Shown piece after piece: positions 33,436 to 42,390 of a stretch of 64,000 nt of DNA. Origin of the DNA: Verrucomicrobiia bacterium (GTDB taxonomy: Bacteria; Verrucomicrobiota; Verrucomicrobiia; Limisphaerales; UBA11358). How positions within the stretch are numbered: position 1 is the stretch's first letter; the number at the start of each line of letters is the position of its first letter. The notes beneath the pieces were generated by a model. It saw nothing but the letters and a program-made list of their open reading frames with translations, was not told the DNA's origin and ran no database searches. The position numbers and the translations under genes were made by a program. Location of the stretch: the NCBI GenBank assembly GCA_036502245.1, contig DASXYX010000028.1, positions 96,637 to 160,636 on the forward strand, written 5' to 3'.

Positions 33436-35514
33436 ATGTATTTTGGCGTCGATTACTATCCCGAACATTGGGTCTATCCTTATGCCGGCACCGCCGACAA
33501 TCCCGAGGCTGCATGGGAACGGGACGCAGCCCTCATGGCCAAAGCCGGCGTCAATATCGTCCGCATCGGCGAATTCACCTGGGGCATCTGCGAACCCGAA
33601 GAAGGCAAATACGATTTCCTCTGGCTGCGGCGCGTGATGGACATCATGGCCGCCCATGATATCAAAGTCGTTCTCTGTACGCCCACCGCCGCTCCGCCGG
33701 TCTGGCTTTCGCAAAAACACCCGGAAATCCTGCCCGTGGACGAGCACGGCAAACGAAAGCATGAAGGCACCCGCCGCGCCGTCTGCCTGACCAGCGACGT
33801 CTTCTGGGATTATGCCAAACGCATCGTGACCCAGATGGCCACCGCACTGGGCGACCATCCCCAATTGCTCGCGTGGCAGATCGATAACGGCATTGGCGCG
33901 CATGACTCTGAATTTTCCTTCAACGACGCCACCCGCAATGAATGGCACTCCTGGCTGGAGGCAAAATACGAAACCGTGGAACGGCTCAATGAATTGATGG
34001 GCCTCCGTTTTTGGGGACAGACGGTGACCTCGTTCAAGCAGGTGCCCATGCCCATGTCGGCGCCGGCCATGCACAACTCCGCATTGCTGCTCGATTGGAG
34101 CCGCTTCAGCAGTGATACCATGGTGCAATTCGTCAAAATGCAGGCCGACCTCCTGCATGAAGTCTGCCCGCAACATCCCGTCACCGTCACCATGCGGGCC
34201 TTTACGCGCAAATTCGACCATTTCGACATGGCGAATGCCGTCGATTTTGTTTCCATCGAAAGCAATCCCGTGACCCGCGCCAGGACTTCTGAACTGGCCT
34301 GCGACGTGGACTTTTTGCGCTCCCTCAAAAAATCGGATATCCGCACGCCCGACGGCGACCATGGATTTTGGGCGCTGGAACAGAAAGTCGGCCAGGGAAC
34401 GGCGCAGGACGTCAACGCACTCATCCGCCCCACTCTCATCCGCCTCTTCACCTACCAGTTGGTTTCGCGCGGGGCCACGGGCGTCCTGTTTTTCCGCTGG
34501 CGCCAGCCGCGCATCGGGAACGAGAAGTTTTACGGCGCCGTCATGCCGCATCATGTCGATGGCAACAACCGGATCTACCAGGAGGTCACGCAGATCGGCG
34601 AAGAACTGAAATTGCTCGCGCCCTCGCTGGCGGACACCAAAGTCGTTTCGGAGGCCTGCATCCTTTACACGCACGATAATGAATGGTCGTTGCAACAGCC
34701 GATGCAGCCGAACAAATTTTACAACCTGCGCGAGCACATCCAGCTCATCTACAATGCGCTGCATGACCGCAACATTCCTGTGGAGTTTGCGCGCCCCACT
34801 GAAGACCTGTCGAAGTATAAGATCGTTTTTGCTCCGTCCCTCCAGGTGCTGTCGTCCGCCGAAGCCGACCGCTTGAAATTATATGTTCAAAATGGCGGCG
34901 TACTGGTGGGCACGTTCAACACCGGTTTGGTCAACGAATACCATATTGCGCCCGATAGCGGTTTGCCAAACGATCTGATGGACTTGTTCGGTCTGGAAGT
35001 CCTGGAATTTGACCCGATACCGCCCGGGGAAGAAAATCATCTGACATTCAAGGGCGCCTTCCCGACGAGCCATTTGCATCCGGCCAAATTGTGGTGCGAC
35101 ATCATTGAGCCGAAAGGCTGCCAGGTCCTCGCCGTGTATGCCAAAGACTTTTATTCCGGCAAACCCGCGATGACCATGAACACCTTCGGATTGGGCAAAG
35201 CGATTTATATCGGAACGCTCAGCCACCAGCATTTTTATCACGACCTCGTCTCATGGTTGCGGCAGGTATGCAGCCTGCATCCTCTGCTGAAAGTCCCTGA
35301 GAATGTCGAAGTGAGCATGAGAGAAAAGGCCGGCACACGCGTTTATTTCCTGCTCAACCACCAGAATTCGCCGGTGCGCATCCAGTTCTATAAGCCAATG
35401 CACGATTTTCTCACCGGCACCAGTTTTTCGGGCAATTACGATCTTCCCCCGCACGGCGTGTTGGTCCTCGATGAACATCCCGAACCCAAGCCCGTGCCTG
35501 CTGAGACAGAGTGA
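33436..35514 (+). CDS. Beta-galactosidase, glycoside hydrolase family 42
   Basis: MYFGVDYYPEHW N-terminus, ..WQIDNG.. region; 692 aa, three-domain length typical of GH42. Confidence 0.93.
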   Translation: MYFGVDYYPEHWVYPYAGTADNPEAAWERDAALMAKAGVNIVRIGEFTWGICEPEEGKYDFLWLRRVMDIMAAHDIKVVLCTPTAAPPVWLSQKHPEILPVDEHGKRKHEGTRRAVCLTSDVFWDYAKRIVTQMATALGDHPQLLAWQIDNGIGAHDSEFSFNDATRNEWHSWLEAKYETVERLNELMGLRFWGQTVTSFKQVPMPMSAPAMHNSALLLDWSRFSSDTMVQFVKMQADLLHEVCPQHPVTVTMRAFTRKFDHFDMANAVDFVSIESNPVTRARTSELACDVDFLRSLKKSDIRTPDGDHGFWALEQKVGQGTAQDVNALIRPTLIRLFTYQLVSRGATGVLFFRWRQPRIGNEKFYGAVMPHHVDGNNRIYQEVTQIGEELKLLAPSLADTKVVSEACILYTHDNEWSLQQPMQPNKFYNLREHIQLIYNALHDRNIPVEFARPTEDLSKYKIVFAPSLQVLSSAEADRLKLYVQNGGVLVGTFNTGLVNEYHIAPDSGLPNDLMDLFGLEVLEFDPIPPGEENHLTFKGAFPTSHLHPAKLWCDIIEPKGCQVLAVYAKDFYSGKPAMTMNTFGLGKAIYIGTLSHQHFYHDLVSWLRQVCSLHPLLKVPENVEVSMREKAGTRVYFLLNHQNSPVRIQFYKPMHDFLTGTSFSGNYDLPPHGVLVLDEHPEPKPVPAETE

Positions 35515-36141
35515 TCACCAGTCCTTGATGACTTGATTTTGCGGCGGTTGCTGATTTCCCTTTGGCCCCATTTGCAGATATTGCTCGTTTTCCTTTTGCG
35601 CGTCCAATAATCGCTTGGCGTCTTCCGCCGACATCATGTTCGCCTGCTGTTGATTCTGATCAGCCTGCTGCGCCTGCTGGCCTTTTTGTTGTTGGTTCTG
35701 CTTCGCCTGATTTGGTTGATTCTGCTGCTTTTGACCCTGCTGTTGTTGATTTTTTTGGTTTTGCGACTGGTTCTGCTGGTTCTGTTGCGATTGCTGATTC
35801 TGTGATTGTTGCTGTTGGGACTGGTTCTGCTGAGATTGATTCTGTTGCGATTTATTTTGCTGGCTCTGCTGGCTCTGGTTTTGATTCTGCTGATTTTGCT
35901 GGTTCTGTTGATTCTGTTGGCTTTGGGACTGCTGCTGTTGCTTGAGTAATTGCTCCAGCTTTTTCAATTTGTCGTCGTCGGGGTAGAGCTTCAAGCCCTT
36001 CTCCGTCCTGTCCAGTGCCGCGGGGACGTTGTTGGAAATATAAAGCCGCGCGCCGCCGTTGAAATAATCGTCAGCGGTCTGCGCGTCCGCGGCCATGGAG
36101 GCCAACAGGAGATTAAGGCTGATGAGGTGTCGAAATGTCAT
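35515..36141 (-). CDS. BatC-like exported TPR protein with long Gln/Asn-rich low-complexity region
   Basis: Signal peptide (..LLLASMAADAQT), one TPR-like unit, then about 100 residues of Q/N/S repeats. Last gene of the Bat operon; overlaps the batB end by 29 nt. Confidence 0.65.
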   Translation of the reverse strand: MTFRHLISLNLLLASMAADAQTADDYFNGGARLYISNNVPAALDRTEKGLKLYPDDDKLKKLEQLLKQQQQSQSQQNQQNQQNQQNQNQSQQSQQNKSQQNQSQQNQSQQQQSQNQQSQQNQQNQSQNQKNQQQQGQKQQNQPNQAKQNQQQKGQQAQQADQNQQQANMMSAEDAKRLLDAQKENEQYLQMGPKGNQQPPQNQVIKDW

Positions 36142-37774
36142 CGATGTCCTTCAATCGTTTGGTGTAATCCTGGAATTGTTTAGCCGCGACCGTCTTTTGC
36201 AACGGCGCCATGATCTCCAAGGCGCGATGATACTCGGCCTGCCGGACCGCCGTATCCGCTTCCTGCTTGGCTCGCAACATCATCTCGCGGAATTCCTTGA
36301 TCTGCTCGATCGCATTTTTTGTGAACTGATCATTGTACACCGCATCGGTGTCATTGGTGTTCAGGTTCACAGCGCGGGCATAACTCTTTTCCGCCATCTC
36401 CAATCCCGCCTGGAGTCCGTCCAAATCCTTCGCGTCTTTTGCGGACTCGAACTGCGCGTTGCCCAGGTTGTAATACGCCTGTTGTTGCATTTTCCAATCC
36501 GGCGAGAGTGCCGCCTGCGTGAACAACTCCTGCGCCATGTCAAAGTTTGTTGCCCGATACGCTGCGTCTCCGGCATTGAAAACCAGGCGGAAGTCGTTCG
36601 TGCGCGTTTCCGCCAATTGCGAATATTCCGCCAGCGCATTCGTGAAATTGCCTGACTGATATTCATGCAGCGCCGAGGACGGTGATGCTTTGGACGCCAT
36701 CGGCAGCACCAAAAGTGCGAATAGCACCGCGACCGCCGTCGCCGTCGTTGCTTTGGGCAGGCCTTGTGCTCGAGGCTGATTCTTTCTTTCGGGCACAAAC
36801 ATTTCTACCAGCAACAACACGATGGCCAACGCCAATGGCCAGAAAAACTGTTCATGGTATTGCCGGATGAGCTTCCCCTGCCCTTGCGTTTTTGGCAACG
36901 GAGCCAACCCGCGTTCATAGAGCACATCCATGGTTTGGGCGCCTAATGGCAGATAAAATCCGCCCGTGACTGTTGCTATCTGTTGCAGGAGTGCCTCGTT
37001 CAAATGCGATTTCACGACGTTGCCTTGCGGATCCCGCACATAATCCGTGTTTCCGTTCGAATCGGCGATTCTGATCAGATCACCATCCTTGGTTCCAATG
37101 CCAACAGTGAATATCCTGACGTCGTCTTTGGCCGCCTGTTGCGCCGCCGCGAGCGCGGCGGCTTCGTTGACATTGTCTTCGCCGTCCGTCAAAAGCACGA
37201 CAATTTTGTGGGCGACACTCTGCTTGAATGCGGCCTCCGCCGTCTGGATCGCGCCGGCAATATCCGTGCCGCCTTCGGGAATGGCGTTCACATCAAGCGC
37301 CTGCACGCTCTCCTGGAAAGCGGAGTCATCCACCGTCAACGGGCATTCGGCAAATCCTTCGCCGGCGAATGCCACCAGTCCCAGCCGGTCGGATTTCGCG
37401 TCCTGCATCAATTCCATTGCAGCCAGCTTGGCACGTTCCAGGCGATTCGGCGCGATGTCTTGCGTCAGCATCGATTTGGACGTATCGATCACCACCATGA
37501 TGTCCAGGCCGTTCTGCTCGACTTCTTGCAGGTCGAACCCATGCTGCGGCCCTGCCAATGCGATGATCAAAAATACGGCCGCAAAGACCATCAGCGTCAT
37601 CCGGATTTTTCTCCGTCGCCGGGAAATGCCGACCGTCAGCGCCGGCAACAAACGGGCCTCGATAAATTGCGCCAGCAATTTTTGCCGTGTGCGCGACGCC
37701 CACCAATAAAAGGCGATTAGCGCCGGCGGTATCACCAGCAACAACCACAGCAGATAAAGATGTTCCCAGTTCAT
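36113..37774 (-). CDS. batB: BatB-like membrane VWA-domain protein with C-terminal TPR repeats
   Basis: Two N-terminal TMs, VWA MIDAS region (DIMVVIDTSKSM), C-terminal TPR. 4-nt overlap with batA. Confidence 0.85.
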   Translation of the reverse strand: MNWEHLYLLWLLLVIPPALIAFYWWASRTRQKLLAQFIEARLLPALTVGISRRRRKIRMTLMVFAAVFLIIALAGPQHGFDLQEVEQNGLDIMVVIDTSKSMLTQDIAPNRLERAKLAAMELMQDAKSDRLGLVAFAGEGFAECPLTVDDSAFQESVQALDVNAIPEGGTDIAGAIQTAEAAFKQSVAHKIVVLLTDGEDNVNEAAALAAAQQAAKDDVRIFTVGIGTKDGDLIRIADSNGNTDYVRDPQGNVVKSHLNEALLQQIATVTGGFYLPLGAQTMDVLYERGLAPLPKTQGQGKLIRQYHEQFFWPLALAIVLLLVEMFVPERKNQPRAQGLPKATTATAVAVLFALLVLPMASKASPSSALHEYQSGNFTNALAEYSQLAETRTNDFRLVFNAGDAAYRATNFDMAQELFTQAALSPDWKMQQQAYYNLGNAQFESAKDAKDLDGLQAGLEMAEKSYARAVNLNTNDTDAVYNDQFTKNAIEQIKEFREMMLRAKQEADTAVRQAEYHRALEIMAPLQKTVAAKQFQDYTKRLKDIDDISTPHQP

Positions 37775-38742
37775 GGCAATCGGCGAAAAACAGTTTGGCT
37801 CAATGCAATTTCAGCCAGCAATACTGCCAGCCCTCCAGCAATGAACCATGCGTACAATTGGCGATATTGCGTGTACTTGCTGATGACCGCTTCGGTCTTT
37901 TCCAGTTTATTGATGTCTTTATAAATCGCCGTAAGTTCTTCGGCATTCGGCGCCTGGTAAGATTTTGCACCGGTCATATCGGAAATTTTTTGCAGCGTAT
38001 CAGTATCGGGCAAATATCCCGGTGGCAATCCCATTTCATTGACGAGTTCGGCGTTGCCCAGGCCGACCGTGTAAATCTTCACGCCCAATGCCTGCGCCGC
38101 CTGCGCCGCAGTGAAAGGATCAATCTTGCCCGAATTATTTCCGCCATCCGTCATCAGCACGATGATTTTGCTCTTCGATTTCAGGTCCCGCAAACGGTTC
38201 AACGCCGTCATGATGCCATCGCCAATCGCCGTGGCGTCCGAATTGATCGTGCCAATTCCCAGACGGTCTAAATCATCCAAGAGAAAATCATGGTCCAGCG
38301 TAAGCGGAGATGCGATGAATGCCTGCGCGGCAAACACGACGATCCCAATGCGGTCATCCGGGCGGCCCTCAATGAATTTCTTCAGCACGGCCTGGGCAAT
38401 ATTGAACCGGCTGATGCGTTGTCCGTTGATCGCGTAGTCGGGCGTGTTCATGCTGCCCGAAAGGTCGAGCGCCACGACAATGTCAATGCCGCTGGCCTTC
38501 ACCTCGGTTGTGCTTTTGGAGAGGCGCGGCTGCGCCAGTGCAGCAATGAACAACGCCAAAACCAGCCAGCGCAGAGCGGCAAGGAAATGCCCCGCGCGCG
38601 ACTTGCGCACCGACGTCAACCCTTCGATTAGTTTCAGCGAGGAATATAAGAATGCCGGCTGCGCGCTGCGCCGGCCCTTCAGCCATGCCGCCACGGGCAG
38701 CAGCAACAACAGCAATAGAAGATATGGATGGCCAAAGCTCAT
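37771..38742 (-). CDS. batA: BatA-like membrane VWA-domain protein
   Basis: MSFGHPYLLLLLLLLP N-terminus typical of BatA. MIDAS DIVVALDLSGSM. C-terminal TM. Confidence 0.88.
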   Translation of the reverse strand: MSFGHPYLLLLLLLLPVAAWLKGRRSAQPAFLYSSLKLIEGLTSVRKSRAGHFLAALRWLVLALFIAALAQPRLSKSTTEVKASGIDIVVALDLSGSMNTPDYAINGQRISRFNIAQAVLKKFIEGRPDDRIGIVVFAAQAFIASPLTLDHDFLLDDLDRLGIGTINSDATAIGDGIMTALNRLRDLKSKSKIIVLMTDGGNNSGKIDPFTAAQAAQALGVKIYTVGLGNAELVNEMGLPPGYLPDTDTLQKISDMTGAKSYQAPNAEELTAIYKDINKLEKTEAVISKYTQYRQLYAWFIAGGLAVLLAEIALSQTVFRRLP

Positions 38743-39308
38743 TTCGATTTCCCGCTCATTTCTGCCAGCGCCTGGATCATTTCACCACCTGACATTTCTT
38801 TAGGCTCCGTTTCCTCGACCAATTTGACCGCCGCGCCGTGCAGGTCGCGCAACTCATTTTCACCCGGTTCGTATTTGGCGAATTTAACCAGGTCGCAATT
38901 CTCCAGGAAATTTCCCAGGCTTTCCTTTTGCTCGGGTGCCAGGCGGTCAGTCTCGCTCAATTCGCGTAAAAACTCTTCGGTCGTCCGCTCAGGCGCGCGA
39001 AATTTGAAACGCTCTTCCAGGTAAAAGCGCACCGTGTCCGAAACCAGCACGCAAAAGGGCTTTGGTTGCGTGATGATCTCCAGCGCTTTCTCCAGAGCCT
39101 GCTTCGCGCGAATATGCGCCGGAACAGGTGGCACGTATGCCGCAGCCGCGCGCCTCTTTTGCCAATACAACCACGCCAACCGCGAGATCACCAGCAACAC
39201 CACCAGCGCGAGCGTCCACCAGACGAATATCCAACCGTTCGAGATCTCAATCGGCGGTTTGATATCCCGGATGTCCGGCATAGCCTGCGCTGGAATATTT
39301 GTAGTCAT
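38739..39308 (-). CDS. DUF4381-domain membrane protein
   Basis: IRDIKPPIEIS..W..TM.. N-terminus typical of DUF4381 proteins in MoxR/DUF58/VWA operons. Confidence 0.8.
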   Translation of the reverse strand: MTTNIPAQAMPDIRDIKPPIEISNGWIFVWWTLALVVLLVISRLAWLYWQKRRAAAAYVPPVPAHIRAKQALEKALEIITQPKPFCVLVSDTVRFYLEERFKFRAPERTTEEFLRELSETDRLAPEQKESLGNFLENCDLVKFAKYEPGENELRDLHGAAVKLVEETEPKEMSGGEMIQALAEMSGKSK

Positions 39309-39313
39309 TCAGA

Positions 39314-40222
39314 TCATCCACGCAACCTTCGCTTCTCACGCGTCTCAAAAAATCGCCCCAGGGCCGCGCTATATGGCTCGTCAGTTCGAACCTGGATAGA
39401 GTCGATGCCTGACGACCTGAATTGCCTTGCCAGTTCTTCAATCTGTTTTTCCTGTTTTAACGCAAATGCGCTTCGGCTGCTCGTACTCCCCGTATTGATT
39501 TCAAGGATTTCGCCTGATTCGGCGTCCTCCAAAATCAACCGTCCCAACGCCGGTAATTCCATTTCGTAACGGTCCGTGATCTGCACCGCCACCACATCAT
39601 GTTTACGGTTCGTCTGCCGAAGCGCGCTTTGGACTACTTTTGGCAGCATACCGCCGCCTTTTTCCGTTAGAAAATCGGAGACCACCACCGTCACAGCCTT
39701 GTGCGATTGTACCCGCATGAGGAATTCCAACGCCCGCCCGAGGTCGGTGCCCCGCCGCTTTGGCTCAAAATACAACACTTCGCGGATGACTCGAAGCACG
39801 TGACTGCGCCCTTTGCGGGGCGGAATGAATTTCTCCACCTCGTCTGTAAAAAGGATCAGCCCCACCTTATCACTGTTGCGGATGGCGGAAAATGCGAGCA
39901 CCGATGCAATTTCCGCCGCCAGCTCGCGTTTCGACTGCCCGCGCGAACCGAACAATCCCGATCCGCTCACGTCCACGACAAGCATGAGCGTCAACTCACG
40001 CTCTTCGACAAATTTTTTGATGAACGGATGGTTCATGCGGGCGGTAACGTTCCAATCAATCGAACGCACGTCATCCCCGGGCTGGTATTCACGCACCTCA
40101 TCGAAGTTCATCCCCTGCCCCTTGAAGACCGAATGATACTGGCCTGCGAGCGTCTCCGTCACGATACGGTTCGTGCGGATCTCGATCTGCCGGATTTTTT
40201 TGAGGATTTCGCGGGGGATCAT
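39314..40222 (-). CDS. DUF58-domain protein (MoxR-associated, VWA-like)
   Basis: 302 aa. ..GQYHSVFKGQGMNFDEVREYQPGDDVRSIDW.. is the canonical DUF58 motif. Confidence 0.9.
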   Translation of the reverse strand: MIPREILKKIRQIEIRTNRIVTETLAGQYHSVFKGQGMNFDEVREYQPGDDVRSIDWNVTARMNHPFIKKFVEERELTLMLVVDVSGSGLFGSRGQSKRELAAEIASVLAFSAIRNSDKVGLILFTDEVEKFIPPRKGRSHVLRVIREVLYFEPKRRGTDLGRALEFLMRVQSHKAVTVVVSDFLTEKGGGMLPKVVQSALRQTNRKHDVVAVQITDRYEMELPALGRLILEDAESGEILEINTGSTSSRSAFALKQEKQIEELARQFRSSGIDSIQVRTDEPYSAALGRFFETREKRRLRG

Positions 40223-40242
40223 GCGCTTGCAAAATGATTCGT
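40148..40242. repeat. Direct repeat A (5' leader + first 25 codons of the intact DUF58 gene)
   Basis: Aligns with 40813-40907 (offset 665 bp). The 74-nt core 40155-40228 vs 40820-40893 has a single mismatch. Confidence 0.85.
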
Positions 40243-40261
40243 GGGCGGTAGATTAAGAGAT

Positions 40262-40498
40262 ATGAGCGCGACCGAAATATTTAACGCAGCAAAGGCCCTT
40301 CCAGTGGCTGAGCGAATCGAACTTGCGCAAAAATTAAATGACGATCTTCTCGATGAAGGTTTCGACCCCGATTTGACACCGGAACAAGCCGCGGAACTGG
40401 ACCGTCGTGCTGAAGATGCGCTAAAACATCCTGGACGTGGCACACCCGTCGAAGAAATTTCTGCCGAAATCAAAAAACGCCTCCTGGCTAAAAAATGA
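40262..40498 (+). CDS. Addiction-module antitoxin (Unstab_antitox/TIGR02574-like)
   Basis: 78 aa from ATG 40262. ..[25 protein letters not shown]....[13 protein letters not shown]... ATGA overlap with the ParE-like toxin. Confidence 0.8.
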   Translation: MSATEIFNAAKALPVAERIELAQKLNDDLLDEGFDPDLTPEQAAELDRRAEDALKHPGRGTPVEEISAEIKKRLLAKK

Positions 40499-40803
40499 CG
40501 TTCAGCATCATTGCCGGGGCTGAAGCCAAGAGAGAGTGGAATGAGGCTGTGGACTGGTATGAAGCGCGAGAAATAGGTGTAGGCTGGCGATTCAACGACG
40601 AACTCCAGGCCTTTCTGCAAATTCTTAGACATAATCCAGAACGGTTTCAAATGGCGACTACCTTGACGCGCAAGGCTAAAATGCCGGAACCATGGCCTTA
40701 CTCGGTTTACTTCACCATTAATAAAGAACATCGCGAAGTTAAAATTCTTGCCATCTGGCATGGTGCACGAAATCCCACAGACCTGCGCCAACGGCTGAAG
40801 TAA
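40495..40803 (+). CDS. parE: RelE/ParE-family type II toxin
   Basis: 102 aa. ..[11 protein letters not shown]....[17 protein letters not shown]......RKAKM..WPYSVYF.....[14 protein letters not shown].. pattern of ParE-like toxins. Confidence 0.85.
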   Translation: MTFSIIAGAEAKREWNEAVDWYEAREIGVGWRFNDELQAFLQILRHNPERFQMATTLTRKAKMPEPWPYSVYFTINKEHREVKILAIWHGARNPTDLRQRLK

Positions 40804-40812
40804 CATGCTCAC

Positions 40813-40907
40813 GAGTGTTTCCGTCACGATGCGGTTCGTGCGGATCTCGATCTGCCGGATTTTTTTGAGGATTTCGCGGGGGATCATGCGCTTACAATAT
40901 GCTTCGT
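40813..40907 (-). pseudogene. Direct repeat B: orphan duplicate of the DUF58 5' leader and first 25 codons
   Basis: Minus strand from ATG 40887 encodes [25 protein letters not shown], identical to the DUF58 N-terminus, then diverges. Lies 43 nt downstream of the DUF5069 stop. Confidence 0.75.
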
Positions 40908-40930
40908 TGCCGATCAAATTTTCCATGCAC

Positions 40931-41344
40931 CTAGTCTTCTGCTTCATCGGCTTTGTGAAAATCAAAAGCAGTTTGAATGTCGTCACGATGCGTAAATCCG
41001 TGCTTCTTCTTTTCCGCGACTAACCATTCACTCACGTCGTCGCGCCAGCCGCGTTTGGTCATGAAAGCGTTCCAAACAAAAATCTCTTCTTCAGTTGGAC
41101 GGCGGCCATTTTGAAAACTCCATTCTAAAATATCTTCGTCAGTTCCACCCTGCAAAGCGCGTTTCACAAGCGTTTCGTAATCAACATGAAGGAACCGGAG
41201 ACAGCGGCCATCAAACCCATGTCCGCGATTGTAATCCGACGGCAACACGCCTTGAGCATGCAGACGGATCTTATCGAGCATGCGTCCGAAGAAAACAATG
41301 TCGCCAACTTTTTCGTATGAGTTTCGCAGACCAGGAATTTTCAT
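40931..41344 (-). CDS. DUF5069-domain protein
   Basis: 137 aa from ATG 41344. ..[31 protein letters not shown].. resembles the DUF5069 family. 10 nt after the moxR stop. Confidence 0.7.
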   Translation of the reverse strand: MKIPGLRNSYEKVGDIVFFGRMLDKIRLHAQGVLPSDYNRGHGFDGRCLRFLHVDYETLVKRALQGGTDEDILEWSFQNGRRPTEEEIFVWNAFMTKRGWRDDVSEWLVAEKKKHGFTHRDDIQTAFDFHKADEAED

Positions 41345-41354
41345 GGCAATTGGC

Positions 41355-42359
41355 TCACGGCACCGGCAGTTCATCAAAAATCTTCTGGATGACCGTCTCG
41401 CTGGTCTTTTCCTCGGCTTCCGCTTCGTAAGTGATGGCCACGCGATGGCGCAACACGTCCATGCCGATGCTTTTGACGTCTTGCGGTGTCACATAACCGC
41501 GCCCTTTTAAGAACGCATACGCTTTTGATGCGAGCGTCAGCGCAATGGTCGCGCGCGGTGAGGCGCCCAGTTGGATAAACTCTTTCACCGCGATCTTGTA
41601 ATGGTCCGGATCGCGCGTGGCGCAGACCAAATCCACGATGTAATCCTTCACCTTGTCGTCCACGTAAATGTCATTGATGACTTCGCGCGCTTTGACGATG
41701 TCTTTTGGGTCCACCACGGCTGAAGCGGTCGGGGTGCCGGAAGTTTTGGCCATAACGTCGAGAATTTGGCGCTCTTCCGCGCGGTTCGGATAACCGATCT
41801 TCAACTTCAACATGAAGCGGTCCACTTGCGCTTCGGGCAGCGGATAAGTGCCCTCCTGCTCAATGGGATTTTGCGTCGCCAGCACCAGGAACGGCTCATC
41901 CAACTTGAACGTCTGGTCGCCGATGGTCACCTGGCGCTCCTGCATGGCTTCCAGCAACGCGCTTTGCACCTTAGCCGGCGCGCGGTTGATTTCATCCGCG
42001 AGGACCAGGTTGGCGAAAATCGGCCCTTTGCGCGTAGTGAATCCGCCGGATTGTGGGTTATAGATCTGCGTGCCGACCACGTCGGCAGGCAACATGTCCG
42101 GCGTGAATTGCAGGCGCGAAAATTTCACGCGTATCGTGTTGGCCAGCGATTTCACCGCCAGTGTCTTGGCCAGGCCGGGCACGCCTTCCAACAGCACATG
42201 GCCGTTGGCGAGCAGGCCGACGACCAGCCGCTCGGTCAAATAATTCTGGCCGACGATGACTTTGCCGAGTTCATTAAAGAGCGGATGCGTGAACGCTCCC
42301 GCTTCTTTGACGGCTTCATTGATTGCAGAAATGCCTGTGTTCATTATGTTTTCCGACAA
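41355..42359 (-). CDS. moxR: MoxR-family AAA+ ATPase
   Basis: Walker A LLEGVPGLAKT, Walker B LVLADEINRA, ..ATQNPIEQEGTYPLPEAQ(V)DRF.. signature. Confidence 0.93.
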   Translation of the reverse strand: MSENIMNTGISAINEAVKEAGAFTHPLFNELGKVIVGQNYLTERLVVGLLANGHVLLEGVPGLAKTLAVKSLANTIRVKFSRLQFTPDMLPADVVGTQIYNPQSGGFTTRKGPIFANLVLADEINRAPAKVQSALLEAMQERQVTIGDQTFKLDEPFLVLATQNPIEQEGTYPLPEAQVDRFMLKLKIGYPNRAEERQILDVMAKTSGTPTASAVVDPKDIVKAREVINDIYVDDKVKDYIVDLVCATRDPDHYKIAVKEFIQLGASPRATIALTLASKAYAFLKGRGYVTPQDVKSIGMDVLRHRVAITYEAEAEEKTSETVIQKIFDELPVP

Positions 42360-42390
42360 TTAAGTTTGTATGATGTTCAACCTTTTCTCC

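Noticed and set aside
33214-34764. 516-aa minus-strand ORF opposite GH42
   Set aside because: Antisense shadow of a well-supported GH42 gene, with no recognisable motifs.
35632-35946. Regular short tandem repeats that might have been a CRISPR-like or satellite array
   Set aside because: The period is 6-9 nt with no spacers. The tract is in frame inside a signal-peptide/TPR ORF and encodes a Q/N-rich segment. No CRISPR-like repeat-spacer array was seen anywhere in the window.
40219-40986. 255-aa minus-strand ORF spanning the TA cassette region
   Set aside because: It is a chimeric read-through. It starts in the DUF5069 3' region, passes through the duplicated DUF58 5' fragment (MIPREILKK...) and then runs antisense through the ParE/antitoxin genes. 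It is explained by the duplication plus the insertion, not by a real gene.
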